A stretch of DNA of 64,000 bases, from assembly GCA_964516875.1 (NCBI GenBank), contig CAZFAO010000005.1, positions 3,588 to 67,587 of the forward strand. The letters are read 5' to 3'. The position numbers were made by a program, and so were the translations under genes. This DNA comes from an uncultured Burkholderiales bacterium. Its GTDB lineage: Bacteria; Actinomycetota; Acidimicrobiia; IMCC26256; JAGPDB01. The notes beneath the pieces are model-generated. The model had not been told where the DNA came from. It searched no databases and saw only the letters and a program-made list of their open reading frames with translations. Position 1 is the stretch's first letter. Every line of letters begins with the position of its first letter. Below, in pieces: positions 46,875 through 56,180 of the stretch.

Positions 46875-48908
46875 CTAAAGAGATCGCACCAATGGAGGCC
46901 TTGTATTTTCCATCGACACTTGTTGTTCTTGCACTTGCGGAGCGCATGGCTTATTAGCACCACACATGGCCCTGAACGGACAATCCCTATTACAAATGTT
47001 GACTATCTCAGTTGGCTCTTTGTCGTAGTCAGGACGCTCCCCATCTGTTGGCTCGTTGGGAAGATCATGATCGTCGCGTATGTCAAACAAGTCTGATTTT
47101 GTTTCCACCACTTCACGCGCATCGACTGCTCTGTCTTGAATAGTCTGAGGCTCGTGATGCATTTTTTGCGTGCCGGGTTGTTGATTGAATAGAGCAGCGT
47201 CTGTTTGTTTCTGCGGAAATGATTCCGTTTTAAAATTAGGAGGACCTTTCATGAATGCATCGGGTGCAAATTCCGTTGTTTGGTCCTGCCTTGTTGGAGC
47301 TGCCGGGGTAACGCCGGGAGCTTCACGTGTTCCAATTGCGACGAATACTTCATTATCTGCACGTGCAGGACTAGCAACAACAGATGGGGCAAGAGTTGGT
47401 GATGCTGGTGTTGCAGCAGGTGTGGCAGCTACTGCTGCCGCTGTTACCGTTGCTACTGTTGCAGCTGTTGCTGCGGCAAGAGAAGTTGCACTTGATGAAA
47501 CAGTGCGCGATGCATCTTGTTGAAGAACTTGCTGTTGCTGTGCATTGTGACGTGCCTGTTGAGCAAGTTGCGCTTGTTGCGCGACAACCTGTTGTTGCAG
47601 TTGCCTTTGGCGTTCTTGGTGTTGAGCGTGAATTTGCTGTTCTTGTTGCGCAATCTGTGCTCGACGTGCTTGCTCGCGAGCTTGGAGCTGTTGTGCTTGC
47701 TGTGCTTGTTGATCGTTCAGCGAGGAAGGTTGTTGAACCGGTGATGTCGCATTGTGTATAGGCTGATCCACATCCGTCACATCGATAAAACCGCGCTTTT
47801 TATCGGAGCCATCCGAAAGACCGCCAACTTCGACAAACCCTGCTTCGTCAAACAAACGCTCATCGGCAGTCACAACAAGTTCGCGCTCGTTGACTTCAAT
47901 AATCATGTCACGGACTTGGTCAACATCGAGTTCCGCAATCGAGGCGATAAGTTCCTTTTTTTCAAGATGAGACATGTCGGCAAAACGTTCGAGATCGATA
48001 TCGTTCACCATATCGATAATCACTTGCGCTTTTTCTTGCGTGATTTCACCCGCTTCAACAAGAAGAGCCATTCGCTCTTCGACGGATTTAATCAGAACAG
48101 CCATTTCATCGAAAGATACGAACCCTGCTTCATCGAACAATCTCTCATCGGCAGTCACAACAAGTTCACGTTCATTGATCTCAATAATAAGGTCACGCAC
48201 TTGGTCAACATCGAGGGTCGCTATTTGTGTAATTAATTCTTTCTGCTCTTGAAGAGTCATATCTGTAAATCGTCGAACATCAAGCGCGTTTGCCATTTCA
48301 ATAATAAGATCGGCTTTTTCTTGCGTGATTTCTCCCGCATCGACAAGAAGAGTCAATCGCTCTTCTACGGACTTAATCAGTGCTGCAATTTCATCGAACG
48401 ATACAAAGCCTTCTTCTCCAAGATTTCTCTTTGCAGCAGCATTGACAATGGATTCAATATCAAGTTCGGAAAAATACTGTTCGTACTCGGCGATGATTGC
48501 TTGAACTTGTTCTGTATCGAGTTCCTCTAGGTCGGCAGACATTCCAGGAAGCGGCGCTAAAACATTTTTGTCATCTTCGGCAGAAAAGTCGACGACTTCA
48601 CCTGTGTAGCGCGCATGCTGTTGTCGCATTTGAGCAAGTTTGTTAATGATCGCAAGAAGTTCTTTGTTTTTCTTTTGCTTAATTGCTTCACGACATTCTT
48701 CAATCATTAACTCGAGAGCAATAAGGCCATAAACATTTTTATACCAACGCAAGTATGACTCAAGGTTGATGAAAGAACGAACACCATTTTCTTGCAACTC
48801 GGAAAGTTCTTTAACGATCTCGTCGATTTTGTCATCGGCGACTTCTCGCGGTTGCGCAGCGTGATCCATCGTGAGATAGTTACGGCGTATGTTGCTTCCG
48901 TTGAACAT
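46875..48908 (-). CDS. Hypothetical protein with 2 x 95-aa tandem repeat, Gln-rich and Ala/Thr-rich regions, and C-terminal Cys cluster
   Basis: 677 aa with GAAAGGG upstream of the ATG. Repeats span aa 167-261 and 262-356. QAQQAQQLQAREQARRAQIAQQEQQ low-complexity region. C-terminal CNRDCPFRAMCGANKPC. Confidence 0.6.
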   Translation of the reverse strand: MFNGSNIRRNYLTMDHAAQPREVADDKIDEIVKELSELQENGVRSFINLESYLRWYKNVYGLIALELMIEECREAIKQKKNKELLAIINKLAQMRQQHARYTGEVVDFSAEDDKNVLAPLPGMSADLEELDTEQVQAIIAEYEQYFSELDIESIVNAAAKRNLGEEGFVSFDEIAALIKSVEERLTLLVDAGEITQEKADLIIEMANALDVRRFTDMTLQEQKELITQIATLDVDQVRDLIIEINERELVVTADERLFDEAGFVSFDEMAVLIKSVEERMALLVEAGEITQEKAQVIIDMVNDIDLERFADMSHLEKKELIASIAELDVDQVRDMIIEVNERELVVTADERLFDEAGFVEVGGLSDGSDKKRGFIDVTDVDQPIHNATSPVQQPSSLNDQQAQQAQQLQAREQARRAQIAQQEQQIHAQHQERQRQLQQQVVAQQAQLAQQARHNAQQQQVLQQDASRTVSSSATSLAAATAATVATVTAAAVAATPAATPASPTLAPSVVASPARADNEVFVAIGTREAPGVTPAAPTRQDQTTEFAPDAFMKGPPNFKTESFPQKQTDAALFNQQPGTQKMHHEPQTIQDRAVDAREVVETKSDLFDIRDDHDLPNEPTDGERPDYDKEPTEIVNICNRDCPFRAMCGANKPCAPQVQEQQVSMENTRPPLVRSL
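47841..48410 (-). repeat. Intragenic tandem duplication (2 x 285 nt)
   Basis: Units 48410-48126 and 48125-47841 encode GFVSFDE(I/M)A.LIKSVEER..LLV.AGEITQEKA..II.M.N..D..RF.DM....E.KELI..IA.LDVDQVRD.IIE.NERELVVTADERLFDEA. They are roughly three-quarters identical at the nucleotide level by eye. Confidence 0.8.
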
Positions 48909-49027
48909 CGACTGATGCCCTTTCGCTGTGTGAGGTACCTCATTAGGATAGCCTAATTAGGAGCGCCTAACAAACTTTTCGTTTGCCCAGGTCACTGGGT
49001 TGATACACTCATTCAATCGCAACTTTC

Positions 49028-49600
49028 TTGGACTACTACCAGCTCTCCATCGACCACCGAAACACACATAAGTGTGGTGGCTATCCTTTTGCAAAAGGTG
49101 AATTCCTCACGGCAGTTGTACCACTGCTCCACGCACACAGTGTGCTCGAAATTGGAACAGCTATTGGTTATTCAGCATTTTGTTTCGCGCAAGGAAACGA
49201 CGTTCACGTGACCACCATCGATATGGACACAACGCACGCTGATATTGCTAAAGAAATGTGGACGCAACGAAAAGTCGAAAGCCTAATCTCCTGTCTCGTC
49301 GGTCAATCGGGCGACGTATTACCCACGCTCACAGACACATACGACATTGTATTTTTCGATGGCTTTGCACCTAACCCAGATGAAATCAAAGAGTACATTC
49401 GGCTTCTCTCTGAAAACGGTGTCCTCATCACCACGAATCTCTCTTGGAATAAAACAGCACCCGAATATCTAGCGACACTGGAAAAATTTCACCTTCACAC
49501 CATTCATCATGATGACACGGCGTTTTCTTCGCTCAATCAAGACCGTATCACCCTATGTTCGGAACTTTGGGAAACAATCGCCCCTACTCCCAGGGGCTAA
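49028..49600 (+). CDS. Class I SAM-dependent O-methyltransferase (family 3-like)
   Basis: 190 aa. SAM motif I VLEIGTAIGYS and an acidic post-I residue (TIDMD). FFDGF is similar to the caffeoyl-CoA OMT/YrrM family. TTG start. Confidence 0.7.
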   Translation: MDYYQLSIDHRNTHKCGGYPFAKGEFLTAVVPLLHAHSVLEIGTAIGYSAFCFAQGNDVHVTTIDMDTTHADIAKEMWTQRKVESLISCLVGQSGDVLPTLTDTYDIVFFDGFAPNPDEIKEYIRLLSENGVLITTNLSWNKTAPEYLATLEKFHLHTIHHDDTAFSSLNQDRITLCSELWETIAPTPRG

Positions 49601-49695
49601 AAGCGTTTCGCCTCATTCGCGAAACTACCCTTTTCCTACAGTAGTTAAATAGCGGCATCTCATTGTCGCGTGATCACCACGGAAGATAAAGGGTA

Positions 49696-52600
49696 ATGAG
49701 TACATCAAGCAAACCTGCACCAATAAATATTTCTGCGTTTCGCGGCTATGTAACAGCAGTAAAAATAATCTGTTGTCTCTTTCTCATTGCCTCTGGCGCT
49801 ATCGTCAGCGTGAAGCCAGCACAAGCTGCGGATCCCGCCACTGTTGTTATCAACGAATTGATGTATCACCCTGGTTCTGATGACGAAAACGATGAGTTCC
49901 TTGAGCTCCATAACTATGGGGAAGCTTCTGTGGATATGTCGGGCTGGTGTTTCACTAATGGAATCACTTTATGTTTTCTATCAGGCACGTCACTCGATCC
50001 AGACGAATACGCCCTTATTTCTCCCAACTACACCCAAACGATTAGCACATACTCTCACACCCCCATCGGTACGTACACGGGAAACCTTTCCAATAGTGGC
50101 GAACGAATCCGACTTGTCGACGAAGAATTAGTTACGGTTGATACAGTTTCATATAAAGATGCCAGCCCCTGGCCTTTGAGCGCCGACGGAGATGGTCCTT
50201 CTTTAGAATTACGAGATCCCCTCCTCGATCATGAGCTGGCATCCTCATGGGGGTCGAGTTTGTCAGATGGCGGGACACCTGAGGCAATAAACTCCATAAC
50301 AAATGCGAACATCCCCGTGGTAAGTAATGTATCGCAACCACAAGATGTGGAGAGCACTGATGATGTAACAATCACTGCGACAATTGAAAACTCTGTGACA
50401 ACAAATCTTGTGTACAAAATTGGATTTGATTCCGACATTACTGTTTCCATGTTCGACGATGGAACACACGACGATGGCGATGCCGATGACGGCGTTTTTG
50501 GGGCCATGATTCCTCAACAGGATTCCAATGCACTCGTTCGTTTTCGCGTTGAAGCAACTAACGGAAATGGAACTACATCGGGACCAAGTAGCGACGACAC
50601 GATTGATTACTACGGATATGTCGTCGATTCACAAACATTAAATGAAACCGTTCCTATCTTGCAGTGGTTCATCCCTGATAATACCTATGACGAATTGAAC
50701 GGCTTCGACGTAGAAGACGATACCTACGTCCCGTGTGTAATTGCTTATGGAAATATCGTTTTTGATAATTCTGAAATTCGACTTAAAGGTAACTACTCGC
50801 GAAGTTTTGACAAGAAACCTTATAAAGTGAAACTTCCTCAAGGTCACACAATCGACATTGATGGAATATCGAAATATCCCGTGAACGAATTCCACTTGAA
50901 TCCTGACTATGCAAACGGAAACTCGTACGTCTTGTCAACCTTGTCCTGGAAGATTTATGAATACGCAGGATTTCCGGTCCCCAACTTTGGAAAATTGCAG
51001 GTCAATAGAAACGGAGATTTTGAAGGAACATATCTTTTCTCTGACAAGTACGATAGCGAGTGGAAAGACGAAAATCCTACCTACAAGAATCAAGAACATT
51101 ACGACAACTGGTGGGAAAAGCAATCTCCAAAGGATGGAGATTTCTCTGCACGCAACAATTGGGAAACCAATGAATTAACTCTCACGGGCGATGAACTTCG
51201 TGATTATGTCCTCGATAACAATGACATCCCTAACTTGATCAATTACATGGCAGCAACGGCCGTTGCACGCCACCACGACTGGTCATCAAAACAAAACTTA
51301 CAAGAATTCCGAGACACCAATGGGACTGGCCGTTGGTCCATACAGCCATGGGATTTGGACCTCACGTTCACCAATATTGGTTTCGATGGGACGACAGAAG
51401 CTGAACCAGGAAGCGGGTACATGATTGATCCTCATGACTCTCCTGATTATCTTCCCGTCAATGACCGTTTCATGGTCAATGTCATTTATGACGATCCTGA
51501 ATTACGATCAATGTATCAACGCCGTGTTCGTACTCTTGTTGATGAACTCTACGTTACGGGACTTATTACACAGTGGGCTGATGACACTATTGAGCATTTG
51601 GAACCAGCCATGTTGTTAGATGAAGCCAAATGGGGTTCCGACCCTAACATGCAAGCGTATTTCGATGCTGTAATCGATTATATGTCCAATGATCTCGGGC
51701 TCGATATTAACGACCCAGAAGTAATCGCAATGTTTTATATGCAGGGGCTCGGTATTACCGATCTGAGTATCTTTCCTGACCCCATCACAGCGATTGAACC
51801 CTTGTCATTAAAAAATAGATTATTCCTTACATTCAATCTTCAAGTACCCAAGATGGCACAAGCCTTTACGAACCAATATGTCACCGAAGGATATCTTCCA
51901 ACAACTGAACCAGCAAACCCCGTCGTGAACATCAATGAAGTGATGTACAACCCCGTCGATGGTAATTCGCAAGAATATATTGAACTGTACAATCCAAATA
52001 ATTATGCCGTCGATTTGTCGCAATGGACTATCGAAGGTATTGATTTTGAATTACCCGGAGGAAGCACACTCCCAGCGCACGGGTACGGAATTATTGTGAA
52101 AAATGATGCAGCATCTCGTGCACACTACGGTGGTGGTGTTTTAGTGTTGGGTCAATACTCTGGAACATTGGCCGATGGTGGAGAGACAATTTCACTTGTT
52201 CGCGATAACGACACAGTATCGAGCACCATTGAATACTCGACCGATCAACCATGGCCGTCAGGCGCAAATGGGAATGGCAAAAGTCTCGCGCGTGACATAG
52301 ATTCTGGATGCTGGGGCGTCAGTTCGAACAACGATGGAACCCCTGGAGAAGAAAATTCTCTCGATGAAGAATGGACGTCAAGCAATGCTGGTGTTCTCTG
52401 TCCTTTTGTTGAAGAACCACCAACGACAACAACGGTTCCGCCACCAACGACAACTGCATCTCCCACAACTACGGTTCCAGATTCATCTGCTACGCCTACA
52501 ACTCAACCTGTGAAAGCAACGACGAAAAAAAGTTCTTCCGCTTCAACAAGTGAGTCGACAACTACTCCCACGACCACTCTCCCCACAACGAGCATTCCGA

Positions 52601-52812
52601 ACACATTGCCGACCATCGGAAAAGCAAGTTCTAACACTGACTCTGAGCAACCAGAAGTCGCTACCGAACAAGCAATCAAATCGGTAGACAGAGATTCGAG
52701 CTTACCGTTGGCCCTGCCGATTGCTGGAGTAGTTCTGCTGGGTAGCGCTGCGGGACTTTTCTTCTTCAGGCCACGTTGGTTAATGTCGCTCTTTGGAAAA
52801 AATGACGTATAA
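49696..52812 (+). CDS. CotH kinase-family protein flanked by two lamin-tail domains (LTD), with Thr-rich stalk and C-terminal TM anchor
   Basis: 1038 aa. LTD motifs VVINELMYHPG...EFLELHN and VNINEVMYNPV...EYIELYN. CotH block IRLKGNYSRSFDKKPYKVKL. PPTTTTVPPPTTTASPTTT stalk. C-terminal helix LALPIAGVVLLGSAAGLFFF. Confidence 0.8.
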   Translation: MSTSSKPAPINISAFRGYVTAVKIICCLFLIASGAIVSVKPAQAADPATVVINELMYHPGSDDENDEFLELHNYGEASVDMSGWCFTNGITLCFLSGTSLDPDEYALISPNYTQTISTYSHTPIGTYTGNLSNSGERIRLVDEELVTVDTVSYKDASPWPLSADGDGPSLELRDPLLDHELASSWGSSLSDGGTPEAINSITNANIPVVSNVSQPQDVESTDDVTITATIENSVTTNLVYKIGFDSDITVSMFDDGTHDDGDADDGVFGAMIPQQDSNALVRFRVEATNGNGTTSGPSSDDTIDYYGYVVDSQTLNETVPILQWFIPDNTYDELNGFDVEDDTYVPCVIAYGNIVFDNSEIRLKGNYSRSFDKKPYKVKLPQGHTIDIDGISKYPVNEFHLNPDYANGNSYVLSTLSWKIYEYAGFPVPNFGKLQVNRNGDFEGTYLFSDKYDSEWKDENPTYKNQEHYDNWWEKQSPKDGDFSARNNWETNELTLTGDELRDYVLDNNDIPNLINYMAATAVARHHDWSSKQNLQEFRDTNGTGRWSIQPWDLDLTFTNIGFDGTTEAEPGSGYMIDPHDSPDYLPVNDRFMVNVIYDDPELRSMYQRRVRTLVDELYVTGLITQWADDTIEHLEPAMLLDEAKWGSDPNMQAYFDAVIDYMSNDLGLDINDPEVIAMFYMQGLGITDLSIFPDPITAIEPLSLKNRLFLTFNLQVPKMAQAFTNQYVTEGYLPTTEPANPVVNINEVMYNPVDGNSQEYIELYNPNNYAVDLSQWTIEGIDFELPGGSTLPAHGYGIIVKNDAASRAHYGGGVLVLGQYSGTLADGGETISLVRDNDTVSSTIEYSTDQPWPSGANGNGKSLARDIDSGCWGVSSNNDGTPGEENSLDEEWTSSNAGVLCPFVEEPPTTTTVPPPTTTASPTTTVPDSSATPTTQPVKATTKKSSSASTSESTTTPTTTLPTTSIPNTLPTIGKASSNTDSEQPEVATEQAIKSVDRDSSLPLALPIAGVVLLGSAAGLFFFRPRWLMSLFGKNDV

Positions 52813-52886
52813 ATAAAAGACATCTTCACGCCAGACTTTCACTCTGCTGTCAGCATATCTCGCCCTGAGCGGAGAGTGTTTTCTCT

Positions 52887-52931
52887 TTGATTTTGTCGTA
52901 CCCCCTCGTTATAATACAAACATATGTTCGC
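52887..52931 (+). promoter_or_regulatory. Strong sigma-70-type promoter overlapped by a LexA (Cheo/SOS) box
   Basis: TTGATT (52887-52892), a 17-nt spacer, then TATAAT (52910-52915). CAAACATATGTTCG (52917-52930) is one mismatch from the palindrome CGAAC-N4-GTTCG. The ATG at 52924 sits inside the box, implying a leaderless or near-leaderless mRNA. Confidence 0.6.
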
Positions 52932-53256
52932 TCATGCAAATAACCGTGAAGTCAGGAGAAAATCTTTCACCAGAAAACTCTCGAGTGAACAAGATGTCGA
53001 ATATATCAATGAACGCGTGGAAGTGCTGTGCCTGTTTTCCGAGGGCGCCGGCGACCAGAGTAAATGTGTCCCGAGAAAAATGAAGTACAAAAATCGCATC
53101 ATTAGTTTTACGGAATTGGGTTTTCGTCATCCCACAAGTCAAGGGAATCGAATGATTCACGTCTTCGATACGACCGACGGTTCCGCAGAATACCGCATTG
53201 AACTCGACGCCGAACGTCTGACATGGATGCTGATCTGCATCATGCCGGTGGATTAG
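52924..53256 (+). CDS. Small SOS-regulated protein upstream of the Y-family polymerase (possible YolD-like accessory factor)
   Basis: 110-aa ORF. Its stop at 53254-53256 is 2 nt before the polymerase ATG at 53259, which has GGTGGA upstream, indicating tight coupling. No S24 peptidase motif is present. There is a weak YolD-like beta-rich pattern (IISFTELGF...MIHVFD...YRIELD). Confidence 0.45.
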   Translation: MFAHANNREVRRKSFTRKLSSEQDVEYINERVEVLCLFSEGAGDQSKCVPRKMKYKNRIISFTELGFRHPTSQGNRMIHVFDTTDGSAEYRIELDAERLTWMLICIMPVD

Positions 53257-53258
53257 TC

Positions 53259-54587
53259 ATGAGTACCACCATGGACCTCAACACTGCCGAGCCACATATT
53301 ATGCACATCGATCTCAACAGCTGCTTCGCTACTGTCGAGCAACAATCTCGCCCGAGTCTTCGCGGCAGGCCCATTGGCGTAACCAATCGCATCTCTCCGC
53401 ATTGTTGCATGATTGCACTGTCGTATGAAGCAAAGGCTGTCGGCGCAAAGGTAGGGATGCGTTACGACGAGGTCAAGGCCATGATTCCTCACCTCATCGT
53501 GTTAGAAACCGACCCTCCTAAATATCATCATGCCTACGAAAAGCTTGTCGACATTATGAAGAGTTACTCTCCTATCGTTGAAATGAAAAGTATCGACGAA
53601 GGTATCGTCGACTTTCATGGCACTGATCGAGCATTAAACGGCACGACTCTTTCAAAAATCGGTCACGAAATTAAACAGCGGCTGCGCGATGAACTGGGTT
53701 GTTGGATGAAATGCAACGTGGGCATTGCGCCTAACCGTTTTCTTGCCAAAGTTGCTGCTGGTTTTAATAAACCTGACGGACTCACTGTTATTAACCACAA
53801 AAACCTTCTCGATTATTACGCTCAACTCAAGCTGCAAGATCTGCCTGGTATCGCTCATCGTTTCGGTAAACGACTCAACGACCGGGGGATCATGACTCCG
53901 CTGGACTTTCTTCATGCATCGTATCCAACTCTACGAAAAAATGTTTTCGCCAGCATCGTCGGAGAGCATTGGTACAAACGCCTTCGTGGATACGAAGTAG
54001 ATGGCGTCGCCACCAATTTGGGAATTGTCGGAAAACAGTTTGCACTAGATGTCAAAACACAAGACGAAAATGAACTCAAAAAACGATTTGCATATCTCTG
54101 TTACTCAACAGGACGCAAACTCCGTTATAACAATGTGCGTGCACGAGGAATTTATGTATACCTCAACTTTCACCAACCCTACGAACAATCTGCTCGCAAT
54201 AAGTTTGCCGGAGGAGGATGGGGATCCACGGACGGTTCCCATAGTTGGTTCAAACGTCATCTGTTTAAAGAGCCCTTCTTCAGCGACCGTGCCATTTTGG
54301 AAAATGCCATGTTGCTTTTTGATCAACGTCCCAAAGACTCCACAATTTCTCTGATGAGTATTACGTGTTACCATCTCTCTGATAGTGAAGGTGAACCTAC
54401 ACAACTGGAACTGTTTCGCGATCTCGACAAAGAAGAGCACCTGACGGAAACGGTCGATGATATTAACGACACTTTTGGGATTCCCAGTGTCATGATGGCC
54501 AGTGCACTCGGGGCACATGGCATCGTCAAACAAAAAATCCCTTTTGGATCGACAAAGTATTTCCAATTGTTATGCAAGCGCGCGTAG
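53259..54587 (+). CDS. Y-family translesion DNA polymerase (UmuC/UvrX-like)
   Basis: HIDLNSCFATVEQ and SIDEGIVDF catalytic motifs, plus little-finger domain length. ATG 53259 is preferred over the track start at 53223. Confidence 0.88.
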   Translation: MSTTMDLNTAEPHIMHIDLNSCFATVEQQSRPSLRGRPIGVTNRISPHCCMIALSYEAKAVGAKVGMRYDEVKAMIPHLIVLETDPPKYHHAYEKLVDIMKSYSPIVEMKSIDEGIVDFHGTDRALNGTTLSKIGHEIKQRLRDELGCWMKCNVGIAPNRFLAKVAAGFNKPDGLTVINHKNLLDYYAQLKLQDLPGIAHRFGKRLNDRGIMTPLDFLHASYPTLRKNVFASIVGEHWYKRLRGYEVDGVATNLGIVGKQFALDVKTQDENELKKRFAYLCYSTGRKLRYNNVRARGIYVYLNFHQPYEQSARNKFAGGGWGSTDGSHSWFKRHLFKEPFFSDRAILENAMLLFDQRPKDSTISLMSITCYHLSDSEGEPTQLELFRDLDKEEHLTETVDDINDTFGIPSVMMASALGAHGIVKQKIPFGSTKYFQLLCKRA

Positions 54588-54596
54588 GCTTAATCG

Positions 54597-55232
54597 ATGC
54601 AAGTAGATATTTGGTCCGACATCGTATGCCCTTTTTGTTATTTGGGAAAACATCAATTCGAACAAGCGCTCGAACGCTTTGAACATAAAGATGAAGTAGA
54701 AGTGATCTATCACAGCTTCGAGCTCGACGCATCCGCAGCACTCGAAAATCCACTCGATGTCTACGACATGCTTTCACAAAAATATGGAATGACTCGCGAA
54801 CAAGCTATTGAATCGAACCAACGACTCGCAGAACAAGCACAAGAATTGGGTCTCGATTTCCATCAAGACAAAATAAAACTCACAAATTCTTTTGACGGAC
54901 ATCGTCTGATCCACTTTGCGGCGACAAAAGGAAAGCAAGCAGAGATGGTTGAAATACTTTACAGGGCATATTTCACCGATGGACTTCACATTGGACACCA
55001 TGACGTATTAACAAAGCTCGCAACCGAGGCTGGCCTGGACGAAAAAGAAGTTTCTGCCATGCTTGACAGCAACGACTTTGACGAAGCCGTGCGCACCGAT
55101 GAAGAAGGTGCCCAACAAATGGGGATCACGGGCGTTCCCTTTTTTGTGATTGATGTGCAATATGCAATTTCAGGTGCGCAAGGAACCGAGAGTTTCCTCT
55201 CCGCTCTTCACCAAGTGTGGGAAAATTCCTAA
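54597..55232 (+). CDS. DsbA-family thiol oxidoreductase (FrnE-like)
   Basis: 211 aa. SDIVCPFCYLGK active site and GVPFFVID C-terminal motif. Confidence 0.85.
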   Translation: MQVDIWSDIVCPFCYLGKHQFEQALERFEHKDEVEVIYHSFELDASAALENPLDVYDMLSQKYGMTREQAIESNQRLAEQAQELGLDFHQDKIKLTNSFDGHRLIHFAATKGKQAEMVEILYRAYFTDGLHIGHHDVLTKLATEAGLDEKEVSAMLDSNDFDEAVRTDEEGAQQMGITGVPFFVIDVQYAISGAQGTESFLSALHQVWENS

Positions 55233-55336
55233 TTCACTATTCGTCGATGGGCTTGAACGATGCGAAAAAGTTGTTAATGATGCGATGTGCACCGTTTGAC
55301 CTGAGCAATTGCAATTGTGCCTACTAGATTGGCTAA

Positions 55337-55957
55337 ATGGATTCGCCAGATAATGAGGACGAAGAAGAAGATTTCAGCGTTCAACTCACCGATTGGCTTA
55401 AAAGCCCAGGGGATAAAACTATTGGAGGCCTCGAAGATCTATTCGGCGATAAGAGCTTTGCTCTCATCTTTTTAGTGCTCATGGCCATTCCTGCACTCCC
55501 TCTTCCCACCGGAGGAGTATCTCACGTCTTTGAAGTCATCACGATGTTGCTCTCGCTTGAACTCATCGCTCAACGCCAAACAATCTGGCTTCCTCAAAAA
55601 TGGCGCGACAAAGAACTAGGAAAAATAACGCTGACAAAAACTCTTCCCTATCTGATTAAATGGATTCGAAGAGTGGAGCGATTTTCCGAACCACGAATGT
55701 CTAAATTCCTCGACTCAAGAATCGCTAGTACGCTTTTCGGCGTTTGCGTTTTTGTCTTTGCGCTCACAGCTCTTCTCGCTGTTCCGTTTTCTGGCCTGGA
55801 TACACTTCCCTCCATGGGAGTTCTCGGATTATCTCTTGGGTTTATTTTGGGAGATATTATCGTCGTTATCGCCGGTATTGTTGTTGGATCAGTGGGCATG
55901 GTTTTATCGATTGGTTTTGGCGCTGCGATCTATGAATTAGTGAAGAATATTTTTTAG
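55337..55957 (+). CDS. ExoD-family membrane protein
   Basis: 206 aa. FALIFLVLMAIPALPLPTGGVSHVFE...IAQRQTIWLPQKW matches the ExoD layout. Confidence 0.7.
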   Translation: MDSPDNEDEEEDFSVQLTDWLKSPGDKTIGGLEDLFGDKSFALIFLVLMAIPALPLPTGGVSHVFEVITMLLSLELIAQRQTIWLPQKWRDKELGKITLTKTLPYLIKWIRRVERFSEPRMSKFLDSRIASTLFGVCVFVFALTALLAVPFSGLDTLPSMGVLGLSLGFILGDIIVVIAGIVVGSVGMVLSIGFGAAIYELVKNIF

Positions 55958-55977
55958 TGAGATTCTGAACTTTATTG

Positions 55978-56049
55978 CTCGGGGACAAGGACTCGAACCT
56001 TGAATGCCAGTACCAAAAACTGGTGTGTTGCCAATTACACCATCCCCGA
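55978..56049 (-). tRNA. tRNA-Gln (anticodon UUG)
   Basis: Manual fold: acceptor TCGGGGA/TCCCCGA plus discriminator G, anticodon stem CCAGT/ACTGG with loop TTTTGGT, and T-arm CAAGG-TTCGAGT-CCTTG. CCA is not encoded. Confidence 0.9.
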
Positions 56050-56180
56050 AGGACTGAGAGATTTTAGCGGATGATCCTCATGCTCCCTGTACAGACATAA
56101 TATTGCGATGATAGTTCTACGCTTTATTGCTCCTCAGTTGGCGTACATGGCCTTGCGACCACTAGCTTTAGACCCTTCAT

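Noticed and set aside
47185-47761. Long plus-strand ORFs (47185..47523, 47384..47761, 47517..47744) antisense to the 677-aa gene
   Set aside because: They are artefacts of the Gln/Ala codon-repeat region (CAG/GCN read as CTG/NGC on the other strand). They have low-complexity Leu/Val/Ala products and no start signals.
52909-53160. Minus-strand 83-aa ORF overlapping the small SOS ORF
   Set aside because: It has no promoter or SD context. The plus-strand ORF starts at the promoter/LexA box and is coupled to the polymerase start.
52924-53256. UmuD/LexA-like S24 peptidase identity for the 110-aa ORF
   Set aside because: It has no GDSM-type Ser motif, no Lys partner and no Ala-Gly/Cys-Gly cleavage-site context.
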